A stretch of 64,000 nt of DNA from Escherichia phage ELT1: the sequence record MZ892903.1. One strand, written 5' to 3'. The position numbers and the translations under genes were made by a program. Below the pieces are notes generated by a model. That model made no database searches. It was not told the DNA's origin and worked only from the letters and a program-made list of their open reading frames with translations. Below are positions 43,460 through 54,586 of this stretch, piece by piece. Position 1 is the stretch's first letter, and every line of letters starts with the position of its first letter.

Positions 43460-44475
43460 CATTATGTTCAGATAAGGTCGTTAATCTTACCCCGGAATTA
43501 TATCCAGCTGCATGTCACCATGCAGATCAGACTATATCTCCAACTTGTTAAAGCAAGTTGTCTATCGTTTCGAGTCACTTGACCCTACTCCCCAAAGGGA
43601 TAGTCGTTAGGCATTTATGTAGAACCAATTCCATTTATCAGATTTTACACGATAAGTAACTAATCCAGACGAAATTTTAAAATGTCTAGCTGCATCTGCT
43701 GCACAATCAAAAATAACCCCATCACATGAAATCTTTTTAATATTACTAGGCTTTTTACCTTTCATCTTTTCTGATATTTTAGATTTAGTTATGTCTGAAT
43801 GCTTATGATTAAAGAATGAATTATTTTCACCTGAACGATTTCTGCATTTACTACAAGTATAAGCAGAAGTTTGTATGCGAACACCGCACTTACAAAACTT
43901 ATGGGTTTCTGGATTCCAACGCCCGTTTTTACTTCCGGGTTTACTGTAAAGAGCTTTCCGACCATCAGGTCCAAGTTTAAGCATCTTAGCTTTAACAGTT
44001 TCAGAACGTTTCTTAATAATTTCTTCTTTTAATGGATGCGTAGAACATGTATCACCAAACGTTGCATCAGCAATATTGTATCCATTAATTTTAGAATTAA
44101 GCTCTTTAATCCAAAAATTTTCTCGTTCAATAATCAAATCTTTCTCATATGGAATTTCTTCCAAAATAGAACATTCAAACACATTACCATGTTTGTTAAA
44201 AGACCTCTGAAGCTTTATAGAAGAATGGCATCCTTTTTCTAAATCTTTAAAATGCCTCTTCCATCTCTTTTCAAAATCTTTAGCACTTCCTACATATACT
44301 TTATTGTTTAAAGTATTTTTAATCTGATAAATTCCGCTTTTCATAAATACCTCTTTAAATATAGAAGTATTTATTAAAGGGCAGTCCTACAATTTAGCAC
44401 GGGATTGTCTACTAGAGAGGTTCCCCGTTTAGATAGATTACAAGTATAAGTCACCTTATACTCAGGCCTCAATTA
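43460..44475 (-). mobile_element. Group I intron in td (1016 nt) carrying I-TevI
   Basis: Intron starts taattgaggcctgagtataaggtgac..., ends ...ataatg; length 1016 nt equals the T4 td intron. Confidence 0.9.
43607..44344 (-). CDS. I-TevI: Intron-encoded GIY-YIG homing endonuclease I-TevI
   Basis: 245-aa ORF; N-terminal GIY-YIG (MKSGIYQIKNTLNNKVYVGSA), zinc finger CKCGVRIQTSAYTCSKC, C-terminal DNA-binding region. Confidence 0.92.
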   Translation of the reverse strand: MKSGIYQIKNTLNNKVYVGSAKDFEKRWKRHFKDLEKGCHSSIKLQRSFNKHGNVFECSILEEIPYEKDLIIERENFWIKELNSKINGYNIADATFGDTCSTHPLKEEIIKKRSETVKAKMLKLGPDGRKALYSKPGSKNGRWNPETHKFCKCGVRIQTSAYTCSKCRNRSGENNSFFNHKHSDITKSKISEKMKGKKPSNIKKISCDGVIFDCAADAARHFKISSGLVTYRVKSDKWNWFYINA

Positions 44476-45023
44476 ACCCAAGAAAACATCTACTGATCGT
44501 TGATACCACTGCAAATCCAAATATCCATTACGCACATTAAACTGATAAAACATATGACAAGGCGGTAATGACATATATTTAAGTTCAGCTGGATTCCACG
44601 CAGAAACAATTTGACGCCTATCATTCGGCAGTTTTTTAATACGATCAACAACTTCTACAATTTGGTCTACACCGCCAAAATCACGCCATTGTTTTCCATA
44701 AATTGGACCAAGTTCACCGCTATGGTATCCTAAATCTTTTGCTTGATTTTCGTAATTTTCATCCCAGACTGTTTTGCCTTGAATTAATGAATCATGCTGA
44801 ATTAATCGCAAATCATTGACATTTGTGCTTCCCGATAAAAACCATATTAGCTCAGCAATGCAAGCTTTCCAGGCGAGCTTCTTAGTCGTTACTGCAGGAA
44901 AACCTTTAGTTAAATCCCAGCGTAATTTAGTACCGAACAAAGCAATTGTTCCTGTGCCTGTTCGGTCATCGGTTTCATAACCGTTTTCCAGGATATCTTT
45001 AATTAAAAATTGGTATTGTTTCA

Positions 45024-45024
<1 letters not shown>
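44476..45024 (-). CDS. td: Thymidylate synthase, exon 1
   Basis: Starts MKQYQFLIKDILENGYETDDRTGTGT (T4 TS N-terminus as recalled); 183 codons; exon 1 plus exon 2 = 286 aa. Confidence 0.9.
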
Positions 45025-46056
<1,032 letters not shown>

Positions 46057-46066
46057 ATTATTTTCC

Positions 46067-46309
46067 TTAAACAGACTTTTTCACAATTTTCCAATCAGCT
46101 TTAAACTGTTCAACGTCAGAATGGTAAATCCAGAATCCTGCGCTTTCTCCGTCTTCATAAAGAGGACATCCATCGCATTCATCTTCCCATCCCATATCAC
46201 GTAAAAGATGTTCAGCTTTTTCAACAAGTTCAGAATCTTTACCGATGATATTAAAATACCATTTACCTCTAACTTCTGAATCTTTGATGCTCTGGCGTTG
46301 TAATCTCAT
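46067..46309 (-). CDS. Hypothetical protein
   Basis: 80-aa ORF. Confidence 0.5.
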   Translation of the reverse strand: MRLQRQSIKDSEVRGKWYFNIIGKDSELVEKAEHLLRDMGWEDECDGCPLYEDGESAGFWIYHSDVEQFKADWKIVKKSV

Positions 46310-46369
46310 TTTATTCTCCTCAGTAGTTGATAGGGTAATAGTATCACACTACTACCCTGCTGTAAACAA

Positions 46370-46663
46370 TTATTTTTGAATTTTATCGAGCCACTTACCA
46401 AGCTTAATCATTTCTTTAGTAGCCTTTTCCATACTTCTGAACTTAACCAATAGAGGATAGGTATCGACACCCATAACTAAACTGGTTACAAGACTGTGTT
46501 CACCCACAAGCCATAACGAATACGTTTGAATATCGAGTCCGTAATTTCTGTCTTTATGGACCCGTACACCCATCACTTCAAATTTCTCACTAGCTTTTTC
46601 TACCGCATCCAGGAAATCATCTTTAGTCATATTAGGCCTTAAAAGTTTTTCGCAAAAGTTCAA
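46370..46663 (-). CDS. Hypothetical protein (start uncertain)
   Basis: 97-aa ORF overlapping upstream ORF by 32 nt; an internal Met may be the true start. Confidence 0.45.
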   Translation of the reverse strand: MNFCEKLLRPNMTKDDFLDAVEKASEKFEVMGVRVHKDRNYGLDIQTYSLWLVGEHSLVTSLVMGVDTYPLLVKFRSMEKATKEMIKLGKWLDKIQK

Positions 46664-47018
46664 TGATTTCGTCTACATTATTTTCGTCAACAATGCAGTG
46701 AATTTTTGTTACGCCAGAAACTATACCTTCATTAGCGGATTGAGGCTTTTCTAAAGTTACCTCAGTAAAGTATTTGAATTCTTCAGAGTAAATCTCAAAA
46801 TACGTCTCAAGTGGGCCACCCGCCATGTATTCAGTACCATCTTCCATAGTTACACGTACCACACATTCACCAGCACAATCATCACTTTCCATTTCATCTA
46901 CAACAAAACTAGGTCCGTGCTTCTCTATTAAATTTAGCATCATTACATTGCAACGGCACTCGTTAGCAAAGTCATTTTTAAATAAAGGGTTAATGATATA
47001 AGTTTTTCCAACTTCCAC
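46632..47018 (-). CDS. Hypothetical protein
   Basis: 128-aa ORF. Confidence 0.5.
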   Translation of the reverse strand: MEVGKTYIINPLFKNDFANECRCNVMMLNLIEKHGPSFVVDEMESDDCAGECVVRVTMEDGTEYMAGGPLETYFEIYSEEFKYFTEVTLEKPQSANEGIVSGVTKIHCIVDENNVDEIIELLRKTFKA

Positions 47019-47038
47019 TTTGATTTCCTCATTTTAAC

Positions 47039-47057
47039 GGGGCTATCAAATAGCCCC
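47039..47057. terminator. Stem-loop ggggctat-caa-atagcccc
   Basis: 8-bp perfect stem. Confidence 0.45.
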
Positions 47058-47064
47058 TTGATAA

Positions 47065-47292
47065 TTATTGTTCAATCAGTCCCATGTAAAATTCTGCGTC
47101 TTCAGAATCCATGCCATCGCAATATTCATTAGCCATAAAGAGGGTGAGGTCTTCAAGAGGACCTTTAATAACGATTTGAATACTCCAAAACTTAGAATCT
47201 TGCACGCTTGTGATACTAAGTTCAGGATAACGATTACGAATAATCTCTTCAATATATTCAAAATCAACGATGTCAATATCAACTTTAGCCAT
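47065..47292 (-). CDS. Hypothetical protein, 75 aa
   Basis: Start placed at MAKVDIDIV preceded by AAAGAGGA ribosome-binding site; track ORF extends to 47355. Confidence 0.5.
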   Translation of the reverse strand: MAKVDIDIVDFEYIEEIIRNRYPELSITSVQDSKFWSIQIVIKGPLEDLTLFMANEYCDGMDSEDAEFYMGLIEQ

Positions 47293-47396
47293 ATTATTTT
47301 CCTCTTTAATCATCAGCAGTATTGCCGATAGTTGTATAGTACCATGGAAGGACAAGGATGTAAACAGTTTTGTGAAAAAATTTTTGAAATAAAAAA

Positions 47397-47415
47397 GGGG
47401 ACCTCTAGGGTCCCC
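47397..47415. terminator. Stem-loop ggggaccc-tag-gggtcccc
   Basis: Just downstream of gene 32 stop; T-run follows on minus strand. Confidence 0.5.
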
Positions 47416-47437
47416 AATTAATTAGTAATATAATCTA

Positions 47438-48343
47438 TTAAAGGTCATTCAAAAGGTCATCCAGGTCCGTGTCATCAGCACTAGATGAACTGCCAGAGCT
47501 TGAGCTCATAAAATCATCTTCAGTTTTTGTTTTGAAGTCATCAACATTGAATGCATCCAAATCATCAGCAACTTTATCAGCTTTCTTAGCGGCAGTCGCT
47601 GCGGCACCACCCATAGCAGCAGTTCCCATAACTTGACTGAACTTAGTGCTCAGTTCTTCGAACGATTTGAATTTATCTTTAGAAGTCATTTCAGAAAGGT
47701 CAACCATTTGTTCGAACAGTTCTTTCTGGAAAGATTCATCATCAATGTTTGGAATCGCAGATTGATTCAGGAATTTAGATTCGTCGTAGTTACTAAAACC
47801 AGAAACTTGTTTAACTTTCAGTACAAAGTTAGCACCTTCCCACGGACAAGTTACATCAACCGGAGTTTCACCCATTTCAACATCAACCGCAATCATCGCG
47901 TTGATTTTATCCCAGATTTTCTTACCGAAACGGTATTTAAATACTTTACCTTCGTTTTCTGGAGCAGCCGGGTCTTTTACAACAAGAATATTAGCCCAGT
48001 AAGAAGTTTTACGTTTAACAAGACTGTACTCTTTATTGTCAGTGTTGTACAAATCATTTTTACTGATGTATTGACATACTGGGCAAGAATCGTAATCACC
48101 GTGGGTAGATGAACATGTTTCAATATACCATTTACCATTTTTCTTGAAACCGTGATTTACAAGAATTGCGAATGGTGCTTGTTCATCATTTTTAGACGGA
48201 AGAAAACGAATTACTGCTTGACCGTTACCCGCATTATCGAGTTTCAGTTTCCACTCGCCTTTATCTTCAGAAGAAAAACCTTTATTGCCATTCAGTTTAG
48301 CCATTTGTGCAGCGAGTTCAGCAGTAGATTTACGTTTAAACAT
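47438..48343 (-). CDS. 32: Single-stranded DNA-binding protein gp32
   Basis: 301-aa ORF; N-terminus [23 protein letters not shown] and acidic Ser/Asp-rich C-terminus match T4 gp32. Confidence 0.97.
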
Positions 48344-48410
48344 TTTTATTTCCTTTTTAATTTAATTAACAGTTGGTGCTATGACGATGTATGACCTCAT
48401 AGCTGGTCAG
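48344..48410 (-). promoter_or_regulatory. Gene 32 translational operator (pseudoknot plus unstructured UUAAA-rich gp32-binding leader)
   Basis: Minus strand reads ...agctatgaggtcatacatcgtcatagcac...gttaattaaattaaaaaggaaataaaaATG, as recalled for the T4 gene 32 autoregulatory leader. Confidence 0.6.
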
Positions 48411-48426
48411 TGAGATAATTATAATT

Positions 48427-48434
48427 TATTTATA
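48427..48434 (-). promoter_or_regulatory. T4-type late promoter core (minus strand) for gene 32
   Basis: Plus-strand tatttata. Confidence 0.45.
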
Positions 48435-48442
48435 ATAAGCAA

Positions 48443-49096
48443 TTAATACTTGCAAGATTTCACAGTTTCAATAAAAACACTTTTAGCTTTCTGTGAATCA
48501 ATATTTAAAATTTTTCTATAAGCCTTTAACTTTATAGAATAATTATTCCAGACTAAATTATCAGTCTGTTCATCGTGTTTATCAATTATATTTAAAAACG
48601 AATCAAGCAAGATAAACGTCTCAAACGAAATTATGTTCGATTGCAGAAGTTTAAAAATATAACTTGATTGAACTTTTGGATTATATTCAAAAATTTCTTT
48701 AAAAGCAGAAACTTCAACTTTTTTACTGAAATAGTAAATGTTGCGAATATCTTCTTCAAACTTAAATTTAATTTGCTTTAAGCGTCCGATATATTCACGA
48801 TAAAACACAAGTGCATCAGCGTCAGAGATGTCACCAATCCAAGCATCTTGGTTAGCAACCAAATTACTTATAAAGATTAAAGCAAGTTCCTTTAATTTAT
48901 ATTTTTCTGATAACTTCTGAAAAAAATACTTATCCCTTCGCTTTTGATAAGCGGCATCAGACACCCGCATGCACCAATTATACTTAATAACATCATACTT
49001 TCCATTCATATGTTGTTTTATCATTAAGTATAATTTATAAACTGATTTACCATCAATATATCTTTCACCACCAGCAGGCATGCGGAGTTTAATCAT
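48443..49096 (-). CDS. 59: gp59 helicase loader
   Basis: 217-aa ORF; length and position match T4 gp59. Confidence 0.9.
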   Translation of the reverse strand: MIKLRMPAGGERYIDGKSVYKLYLMIKQHMNGKYDVIKYNWCMRVSDAAYQKRRDKYFFQKLSEKYKLKELALIFISNLVANQDAWIGDISDADALVFYREYIGRLKQIKFKFEEDIRNIYYFSKKVEVSAFKEIFEYNPKVQSSYIFKLLQSNIISFETFILLDSFLNIIDKHDEQTDNLVWNNYSIKLKAYRKILNIDSQKAKSVFIETVKSCKY

Positions 49097-49431
49097 AGTA
49101 GAAAATCTAATGTATTAGTTTTTTCACAACGAACAACAGAAGGACGTAAAAGATTTTCGTCGATAGCTTCTGACTGAATTTTTTCAATTATACCCGAAGG
49201 AATAAATTTAGCAAATTGAGTTTCAGGAATAGAGTTTTCTTCCAAGAATGCTGTCGTAGCTTCAAGATAACTCATTCCAAACTCTTCTACCATTTTTTCA
49301 ATAATAAATCCATTTTCTTGGCGGTCAAGAAGCTTTGCAATTTCATCCTTTTCTTTCTTAATTGAAAGTTCTTTTTCTGAAAGACCGGTCTCATCGACCG
49401 GACGAATATCATTTAGAGAAAACTGTGTCAT
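49093..49431 (-). CDS. 33: gp33 late-transcription co-activator
   Basis: 112 aa from MTQFSLNDIRPV; matches T4 gp33 length. Confidence 0.85.
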   Translation of the reverse strand: MTQFSLNDIRPVDETGLSEKELSIKKEKDEIAKLLDRQENGFIIEKMVEEFGMSYLEATTAFLEENSIPETQFAKFIPSGIIEKIQSEAIDENLLRPSVVRCEKTNTLDFLL

Positions 49432-49678
49432 AAAGTTCAACTACCTCTTCAGTTTCAGCTTCAAACACATCACGGTTATCTTTATGATACAAAGCTAACA
49501 GACGATTAAACATCTTACCATCAACGCCAAGTTCATCTTTGGCACGAATTCGAATATCTTTAATCAATTCATTATAACCAGAAATTTTCAGTTTATGATC
49601 AGATGCTTCTTTAATAAATTTAGCCAAATCTTCGCCATGGATAGCTTCATCAAATTCAACCATTTCTTTTTTAGCCAT
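49409..49678 (-). CDS. dsbA: DsbA double-stranded DNA-binding protein
   Basis: 89-aa ORF; length and position match T4 DsbA. Confidence 0.8.
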   Translation of the reverse strand: MAKKEMVEFDEAIHGEDLAKFIKEASDHKLKISGYNELIKDIRIRAKDELGVDGKMFNRLLALYHKDNRDVFEAETEEVVELYDTVFSK

Positions 49679-49686
49679 TATTCACC

Positions 49687-50604
49687 TCAAAATTCATTAA
49701 TGCTATTAGTTAATTTAGAAAGACCCGCTTTTACAAAATATGAATAAATTTTGCCACGTGGTGGTAATTTATATGAATTATAGTAATTCACGATGTTTGA
49801 AGCAATATTATCAGGAATATAATCAAAATCAATTAGAACTAAATTTTCTTTATAACGATTATATTCAGATTCTGTGAGAAGCACCTTAGCTTGCTCACGG
49901 TCATTAGCAATAGCTTCGACAATAGAGGTTTTCATTGAAGGAGTTCGTTCACCTTCAACTCTAGTAAACCAAAAGTCAGACCGTACTTTAACTGAAGCAA
50001 CGTTATCCTTTTTGTCACCTTTAAGGATTTTAGTCATACAGTCAATTTCAGCAGAACCGCTTTTAATTTTAACCCATTTCTTGTGCATCGGTGACCATTG
50101 CTTAACATTTGGGTATTTGTGAAGTTGAGTAAAGTCACCATCCGACGAAATGATTAAAATCTTATGTCCTTCTAAAGAGAACTTTTTAACAAGAACAGCA
50201 ATATGGTCATCTGCTTCATACTTATCAATATCCATAACGATGTATGGCATATAAGCTTTCAGTTCATCTATAACTTTATGACTGGATTCAAAATAACCTT
50301 CCCAATCCCAAGTAGATTCTTCTCGTGCTTTTCCACGGTTTTTCTTATAATAATAAGCAAAATCACGACGCCAGTATCCAGATTTCGCGTTATCAATACA
50401 CAGTACAATTTTAGTGTATCCAAGAGTTTTTGCTTTTTTGACATTAAACTTAATTGAGTTCAATATCAAATGACGAACCATTGATAAATTAATTTTTTCT
50501 TTATCTGGAAAGTTTACCAAAGCAGTTGAAAGCGCAATCTGACTAAAGTCAATTAAGCAGATTCCTTCTTTGTAATCTTCATCCAGCATCATTTCTAAAT
50601 CCAT
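49687..50604 (-). CDS. rnh: RNase H (5'-3' exonuclease)
   Basis: 305 aa from MDLEMMLDEDYKEGICLIDF; matches T4 RNase H as recalled. Confidence 0.9.
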   Translation of the reverse strand: MDLEMMLDEDYKEGICLIDFSQIALSTALVNFPDKEKINLSMVRHLILNSIKFNVKKAKTLGYTKIVLCIDNAKSGYWRRDFAYYYKKNRGKAREESTWDWEGYFESSHKVIDELKAYMPYIVMDIDKYEADDHIAVLVKKFSLEGHKILIISSDGDFTQLHKYPNVKQWSPMHKKWVKIKSGSAEIDCMTKILKGDKKDNVASVKVRSDFWFTRVEGERTPSMKTSIVEAIANDREQAKVLLTESEYNRYKENLVLIDFDYIPDNIASNIVNYYNSYKLPPRGKIYSYFVKAGLSKLTNSINEF

Positions 50605-50708
50605 ATGAACCTCGTTCAATTAGTGAGATTTCTATTATATACTATCCAAATCTTAAAGTAAACAAGTATAAATACTTATTATTGAAAACACAATAGGAGC
50701 CCGGGAGA

Positions 50709-53700
50709 ATGGCCGAGATTAAAAGAAAGTTCAGAGCAGAAGATGGTCTGGACGCAGGTGGCGATAAAATAATCAACGTAGCTTTAGCTGATCGTGCCGT
50801 AGGAACTGACGGTGTTAACGTTGATTACCTAATTCAAGAAAACACAGTTCAACAATATGATCCAACTCGTGGATATTTAAAAGATTTTGTAATCATTTAT
50901 GATAACCGCTTTTGGGCTGCTATAAATGATATTCCAAAACCGGCAGGAGCTTTTAATAGCGTGCGCTGGAGAGCATTACGTACTGATGCAAACTGGACAA
51001 CTGTTTCGTCAGGACCTTATCAATTAAAGTCAGGTGAATCAATTTCAGTTAATACTGCAGCAGGAAATGATATCACATTTACTTTGCCAACTTCTCCAAT
51101 TGATGGAGATACTATCGTTCTTCAAGATATTGGTGGAAAACCTGGAGTTAACCAAGTTTTAATTGTAGCTCCAGTGCAAAGTATTGTAAACTTTAGAGGC
51201 GAACAAGTACGATCAGTACTAATGACCCATCCAAAATCACAGATAGTTTTAATTTTTAGTAATCGTCTGTGGCAAATGTATGTGGCTGATTATAGCAGAG
51301 AAGCGGTAGTTGTGACGCCAGCAAGTCTCTACCAGGCGCAGTCAAACGATTTTATCGTACGCAGATTTACTTCTGCTGCACCGATAAATATTAAACTTCC
51401 GAGATTTGCTAATCATGGCGATATTATTAATTTCGTTGATTTAGATAAATTAAATCCTCTTTATCATACAATTGTTACTACATATGATGAAACTACATCA
51501 GTACAAGAAGATGGAACTCATTCCATTGAAGGCCGTACATCTATTGATGGTTTCTTGATGTATGATGATAATGAGAAATTATGGAGATTATTTGACGGGG
51601 ATAGTAAAGCACGTTTACGCGTTATAACAACTAATTCTAATATTCGTCCAAACGAAGAAGTTATGGTATTTGGTGCGAATAATGGAACAACTCAAACAAT
51701 TGAACTTCAGCTTCCGACCGATATTTCCATTGGCGATACTGTTAAAATTTCCATGAATTACATGAGAAAAGGCCAAACAGTTAAAATCAAAGCTGCCGGT
51801 GAAGATAAAATTGCTTCTTCAGTTCAATTGCTGCAATTCCCAAAACGTTCAGAATATCCACCTGAAGCTGAATGGGTGACTGTTCAAGAATTAGTTTTTA
51901 ACGGTGAAACTAATTATGTTCCAGTTTTACAACTTGCTTATATCGAAGATTCTGACGGAAAATACTGGGTTGTACAGCAAAACGTTCCAACAGTTGAAAG
52001 AGTCGATTCTTTAAATAATTCTACTAGAGCAAGATTAGGCGTAATTGCTTTAGCTACACAAGCTCAAGCTAACGTCGATTTAGAAAATTCTCCACAAAAA
52101 GAATTGGCAATTACTCCAGAAACGTTAGCTAACCGTACTGCTACAGAAACTCGTAGAGGTATTGCAAGAATAGCAACCACTGCTCAAGTGAACCAGGACA
52201 CTACATTCTCTTTTGCTGATGATATTATCATCACTCCTAAAAAGCTGAATGAAAGAACTGCTACAGAAACTCGTAGAGGTGTTGCTGAAATTGCTACACA
52301 GCAAGAAACTAACGCAGGTACTGATGATGCTACAATCATCACTCCTAAAAAGCTTCAAGCTCGTCAAGGTTCTGAATCATTATCTGGTATTGTAACCTTT
52401 GTATCTACCGCAGGAGCTACTCCAGCTTCTAGTCGTGAATTAAATGGTACGAATGTTTATAATAAAAACACTGATAATTTAGTTGTTTCACCTAAAGCTT
52501 TGGATCAGTATAAAGCTACTCCAACACAACAAGGTGCGGTAATTTTAGCAGTTGAAAGTGAAGTAATTGCTGGACAGAGCCAAGAAGGATGGGCAAATGC
52601 GGTTGTAACGCCAGAAACGTTACATAAAAAGACATCAACTGATGCAAGAATTGGTTTAATTGAAATTGCTACGCAAAGTGAAGTTAATACAGGAACTGAT
52701 TATACCCGTGCAGTCACTCCTAAAACTTTAAATGACCGTAAAGCAACTGAAAGTTTAAGTGGTATAGCTGAAATTGCTACGCAAGTTGAATTCGACGCAG
52801 GCGTCGACGATACTCGTATCTCTACACCATTAAAAATTAAAACCAGATTTAACAGTACTGATCGTACTTCTGTTGTTGCTCTATCTGGATTAGTTGAATC
52901 AGGAACTCTCTGGGACCATTATACCCTTAATATTCTTGAAGCAAATGAGACACAACGTGGTACACTTCGTGTAGCTACGCAAGTTGAAGCTGCTGCAGGA
53001 ACATTAGATAATGTTCTAATAACTCCTAAAAAGCTTTTAGGTACTAAATCTACTGAAGCGCAGGAAGGCGTTATTAAAGTTGCAACTCAGTCTGAAACTG
53101 TAACTGGAACGTCAGCAAATACTGCTGTATCTCCAAAAAATTTAAAATGGATTGTGCAGAGTGAACCTACCTGGGCAGCTACTACTGCAATAAGAGGTTT
53201 TGTTAAAACTTCATCTGGTTCAATTACATTCGTTGGTAATGATACAGTCGGTTCTACCCAAGATTTAGAACTGTATGAGAAAAATAGCTATGCGGTATCA
53301 CCATATGAATTAAACCGTGTATTAGCAAATTATTTGCCATTAAAAGCAAAAGCTGTAGATAGTAATTTATTGGATGGTCTAGATTCATCTCAGTTCATTC
53401 GTAGGGATATTGCACAGACGGTTAATGGTTCACTAACCTTAACCCAACAAACGAATCTGAGTGCCCCTCTTGTATCATCTAGTACTGCTACGTTTGGTGG
53501 TTCAGTTTCGGCAAATAGTACATTAACTATTTCTAATACTGGAACGGCAACTCGTCTGATTTTTGAGAAAGGACCTCAAACTGGAACTAACCCAGCGCAG
53601 ACGATGACTATCAGAGTTTGGGGAAATCAGTTTGGTGGTGGATCAGATACAACACGTTCTACTGTATTTGAAGTTGGTGATGAAACATCTAATCACTTTT

Positions 53701-54578
53701 ATTCTCAACGTAATAAAGCTGGTAATATTACGTTTAGCATTAATGGTACTGTGATGCCAATAAATGTTAACGCTTCCGGTTCATTGAATGCGAATGGCGC
53801 AGCAACATTTGGTAGTTCAGTTACAGCCAATGGTGAATTCATTAGCAAGTCTGCAAATGCTTTCAGAGCAATAAACGGTGATTATGGATTCTTTATTCGC
53901 AACGATGCTGCTAACACCTATTTCATGCTTACTGCATCGGGTGATCAGACTGGCGGATTTAATGGATTACGTCCTTTAGCTATTAACAATCAGTCCGGTC
54001 AAGTAACGATTGGTGAAAGCTTAATCATTGCCAAAGGTGCTACTATAAATTCAGGTGGTTTAACTGTTAACTCGAGAATTCGTTCTCAGGGCACTAAAAC
54101 TTCTGACTTATATACCCGTGCGCCAACATCTGATACTGTAGGATTCTGGTCAATCGATATTAATGATTCAGCCACTTATAATCAGTTCCCAGGTTATTTT
54201 AAAATGGTTGAAAAAACTAATGAAGTGACTGGGCTTCCGTACTTAGAACGCGGTGAAGAAGTTAAATCTCCTGGTACATTGACTCAGTTTGGTAACACAC
54301 TTGATTCGCTTTACCAAGATTGGATTACTTATCCAACGACTCCAGAAGCACGTACCACTCGCTGGACACGTACATGGCAGAAAACCAAAAATTCTTGGTC
54401 GAGTTTTGTTCAGGTATTTGATGGAGGTAACCCTCCTCAGCCGTCTGATATCGGTGCTTTGCCATCTGATAATGCTACAATGGGGAATCTTACTATTCGT
54501 GATTTCTTACGAATTGGTAATGTTCGCATTATTCCTGACCCAGTGAATAAATCTGTTAAATTTGAATGGATTGAATAA
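50709..54578 (+). CDS. 34: Long tail fibre proximal subunit gp34
   Basis: 1289-aa ORF with internal sequence repeats; length equals T4 gp34. Confidence 0.95.
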   Translation: MAEIKRKFRAEDGLDAGGDKIINVALADRAVGTDGVNVDYLIQENTVQQYDPTRGYLKDFVIIYDNRFWAAINDIPKPAGAFNSVRWRALRTDANWTTVSSGPYQLKSGESISVNTAAGNDITFTLPTSPIDGDTIVLQDIGGKPGVNQVLIVAPVQSIVNFRGEQVRSVLMTHPKSQIVLIFSNRLWQMYVADYSREAVVVTPASLYQAQSNDFIVRRFTSAAPINIKLPRFANHGDIINFVDLDKLNPLYHTIVTTYDETTSVQEDGTHSIEGRTSIDGFLMYDDNEKLWRLFDGDSKARLRVITTNSNIRPNEEVMVFGANNGTTQTIELQLPTDISIGDTVKISMNYMRKGQTVKIKAAGEDKIASSVQLLQFPKRSEYPPEAEWVTVQELVFNGETNYVPVLQLAYIEDSDGKYWVVQQNVPTVERVDSLNNSTRARLGVIALATQAQANVDLENSPQKELAITPETLANRTATETRRGIARIATTAQVNQDTTFSFADDIIITPKKLNERTATETRRGVAEIATQQETNAGTDDATIITPKKLQARQGSESLSGIVTFVSTAGATPASSRELNGTNVYNKNTDNLVVSPKALDQYKATPTQQGAVILAVESEVIAGQSQEGWANAVVTPETLHKKTSTDARIGLIEIATQSEVNTGTDYTRAVTPKTLNDRKATESLSGIAEIATQVEFDAGVDDTRISTPLKIKTRFNSTDRTSVVALSGLVESGTLWDHYTLNILEANETQRGTLRVATQVEAAAGTLDNVLITPKKLLGTKSTEAQEGVIKVATQSETVTGTSANTAVSPKNLKWIVQSEPTWAATTAIRGFVKTSSGSITFVGNDTVGSTQDLELYEKNSYAVSPYELNRVLANYLPLKAKAVDSNLLDGLDSSQFIRRDIAQTVNGSLTLTQQTNLSAPLVSSSTATFGGSVSANSTLTISNTGTATRLIFEKGPQTGTNPAQTMTIRVWGNQFGGGSDTTRSTVFEVGDETSNHFYSQRNKAGNITFSINGTVMPINVNASGSLNANGAATFGSSVTANGEFISKSANAFRAINGDYGFFIRNDAANTYFMLTASGDQTGGFNGLRPLAINNQSGQVTIGESLIIAKGATINSGGLTVNSRIRSQGTKTSDLYTRAPTSDTVGFWSIDINDSATYNQFPGYFKMVEKTNEVTGLPYLERGEEVKSPGTLTQFGNTLDSLYQDWITYPTTPEARTTRWTRTWQKTKNSWSSFVQVFDGGNPPQPSDIGALPSDNATMGNLTIRDFLRIGNVRIIPDPVNKSVKFEWIE

Positions 54579-54586
54579 GAGGTATT

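Noticed and set aside
47068-47331. Plus-strand 87-aa ORF and minus-strand 68-aa ORF overlapping the 75-aa minus-strand gene
   Set aside because: AT-rich region generates overlapping frames; the minus-strand frame with a strong ribosome-binding site (47065..47292) was preferred.
54289-54546. 85-aa plus-strand ORF in an alternative frame of gene 34
   Set aside because: Embedded in the tail fibre gene in another frame; no support.
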